From Octopus sinensis (taxonomy: Eukaryota), in the NCBI RefSeq assembly GCF_006345805.1, contig NC_043016.1, positions 6,820,001 through 6,884,000 on the forward strand: a DNA stretch of 64,000 bases, read 5' to 3'. The notes beneath the pieces were generated by a model. That model worked only from the letters and a program-made list of their open reading frames with translations. It ran no database searches and was not told the DNA's origin. Both the position numbers and the translations under genes were made by a program. Every line of letters begins with the position of its first letter. Position 1 is the first letter of the stretch. Shown piece after piece: positions 63,064 through 64,000 of this stretch.

Positions 63064-63103
<40 letters not shown>

Positions 63104-63182
63104 ATATATCTATCTATCTATCTATCTATCTATATCTATCATCTATCTATCTATATATATATATATATTATATATATATATA

Positions 63183-63234
<52 letters not shown>

Positions 63235-63269
63235 TATATATATATATATTATATATAATATATATATAT

Positions 63270-63301
<32 letters not shown>

Positions 63302-63562
63302 CACACATACACACACATTTTTGTATGTGTGTGCGCGGATTGAAGGACTGTTGCGATAAGTGTGTGAATCTGAGAGAGGAATATGTTGAATAAAATCATA
63401 ATTTAACTGATCCTCTTGTATTTTCTTTTCCCCAAAACCAGGGTCTTTCAGCACCCCCTCGTATATGTATATAATATTAGGGTAATAAAAATTATAGAAA
63501 TTATTATTACCAGTGGCCTAGCACAAAAAAATAGTCAATAGACTGTATATTATTCACATAAA

Positions 63563-63795
63563 AATATCGTGTACATTAAAACACATTAAGAGGCTTCCAA
63601 ATAGGAAAGCCCTTGTGCTAGAAAGAGCAGTAGAAAACTCAAACCTAGGAACTAAATTAGATGGTAAACGTTTTTAATTTTCAATCCTTTCGAGAATTTA
63701 TCCATAATTGGTGGTTTGAGTTTTCTACTGCTCTTTCTAGCAGAAGGGCTTTCCTATTTGGAAGCCTCTTAATGTGCTCTAATGTACACGATATT
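63563..63795. repeat. Foldback element with ~83-bp inverted arms
   Basis: 63563..63645 is the inverse of 63713..63795. Preceded by ATAATTAGGGTA..TTACCAGTGGCCTAGCA, a leader also seen at about 51728. Confidence 0.85.
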
Positions 63796-63798
63796 TAT

Positions 63799-63848
<50 letters not shown>

Positions 63849-63869
63849 TGTGTGTGTGTGCGTGTGGTG

Positions 63870-64000
63870 CGTCTTTGTATCGATGTTTGAGTCCCACACA
63901 CTTGACAACCGGTGTTGGTGTGTTGACATCCCCGAAATCTAGCGGTTCGACCAAAATAATCGATAGAATAAGTAGAAGGCTTTACAAAAAAAGTTCTGGA
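63870..64000 (+). mobile_element. SINE family A 3' half (runs off the window)
   Basis: CTTGACAACCGGTGTTGGTGTGTTGACATCCCCG..AGCGGTTCG..GATAGAATAAGTA. Confidence 0.7.

Overview
AT-rich, microsatellite-dense eukaryotic DNA. The SINE families and repeat landscape look like Octopus (cephalopod); this is inferred from remembered SINE motifs, not from a database search. The only convincing host gene is a single-coding-exon core-2/I-branching beta-1,6-N-acetylglucosaminyltransferase (GT14, 9483..10982 +). The rest is decayed mobile DNA. Retro-elements: two tRNA-derived SINE families, R4/Dong, HERO, Tx1/L1, RTE and CR1/L2-like LINE fragments, and Penelope-like (PLE) RT/GIY-YIG fragments. DNA transposons: mariner, Tc1, Chapaev3-like, hAT-like and Merlin-like, several with readable target-site duplications (TSDs). 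The most interesting unannotated structure is a recurring class of short (TA)n-embedded foldback elements that carry PLE-type minimal hammerhead ribozyme motifs. One motif (30884..30948, minus strand) has an intact catalytic core inside a perfect 36-bp inverted repeat; about ten others are degenerate or variant. Two further patterns stand out. Different LINE lineages sit in different microsatellites: an R4/Dong family in (TACA)n, another in (TAA)n, and a Tx1 element in (TATC)n. One SINE shares its 3' tail with the Tx1-like LINE. Nearly all long ORFs in the supplied track other than the glycosyltransferase and TE relics are microsatellite artefacts.
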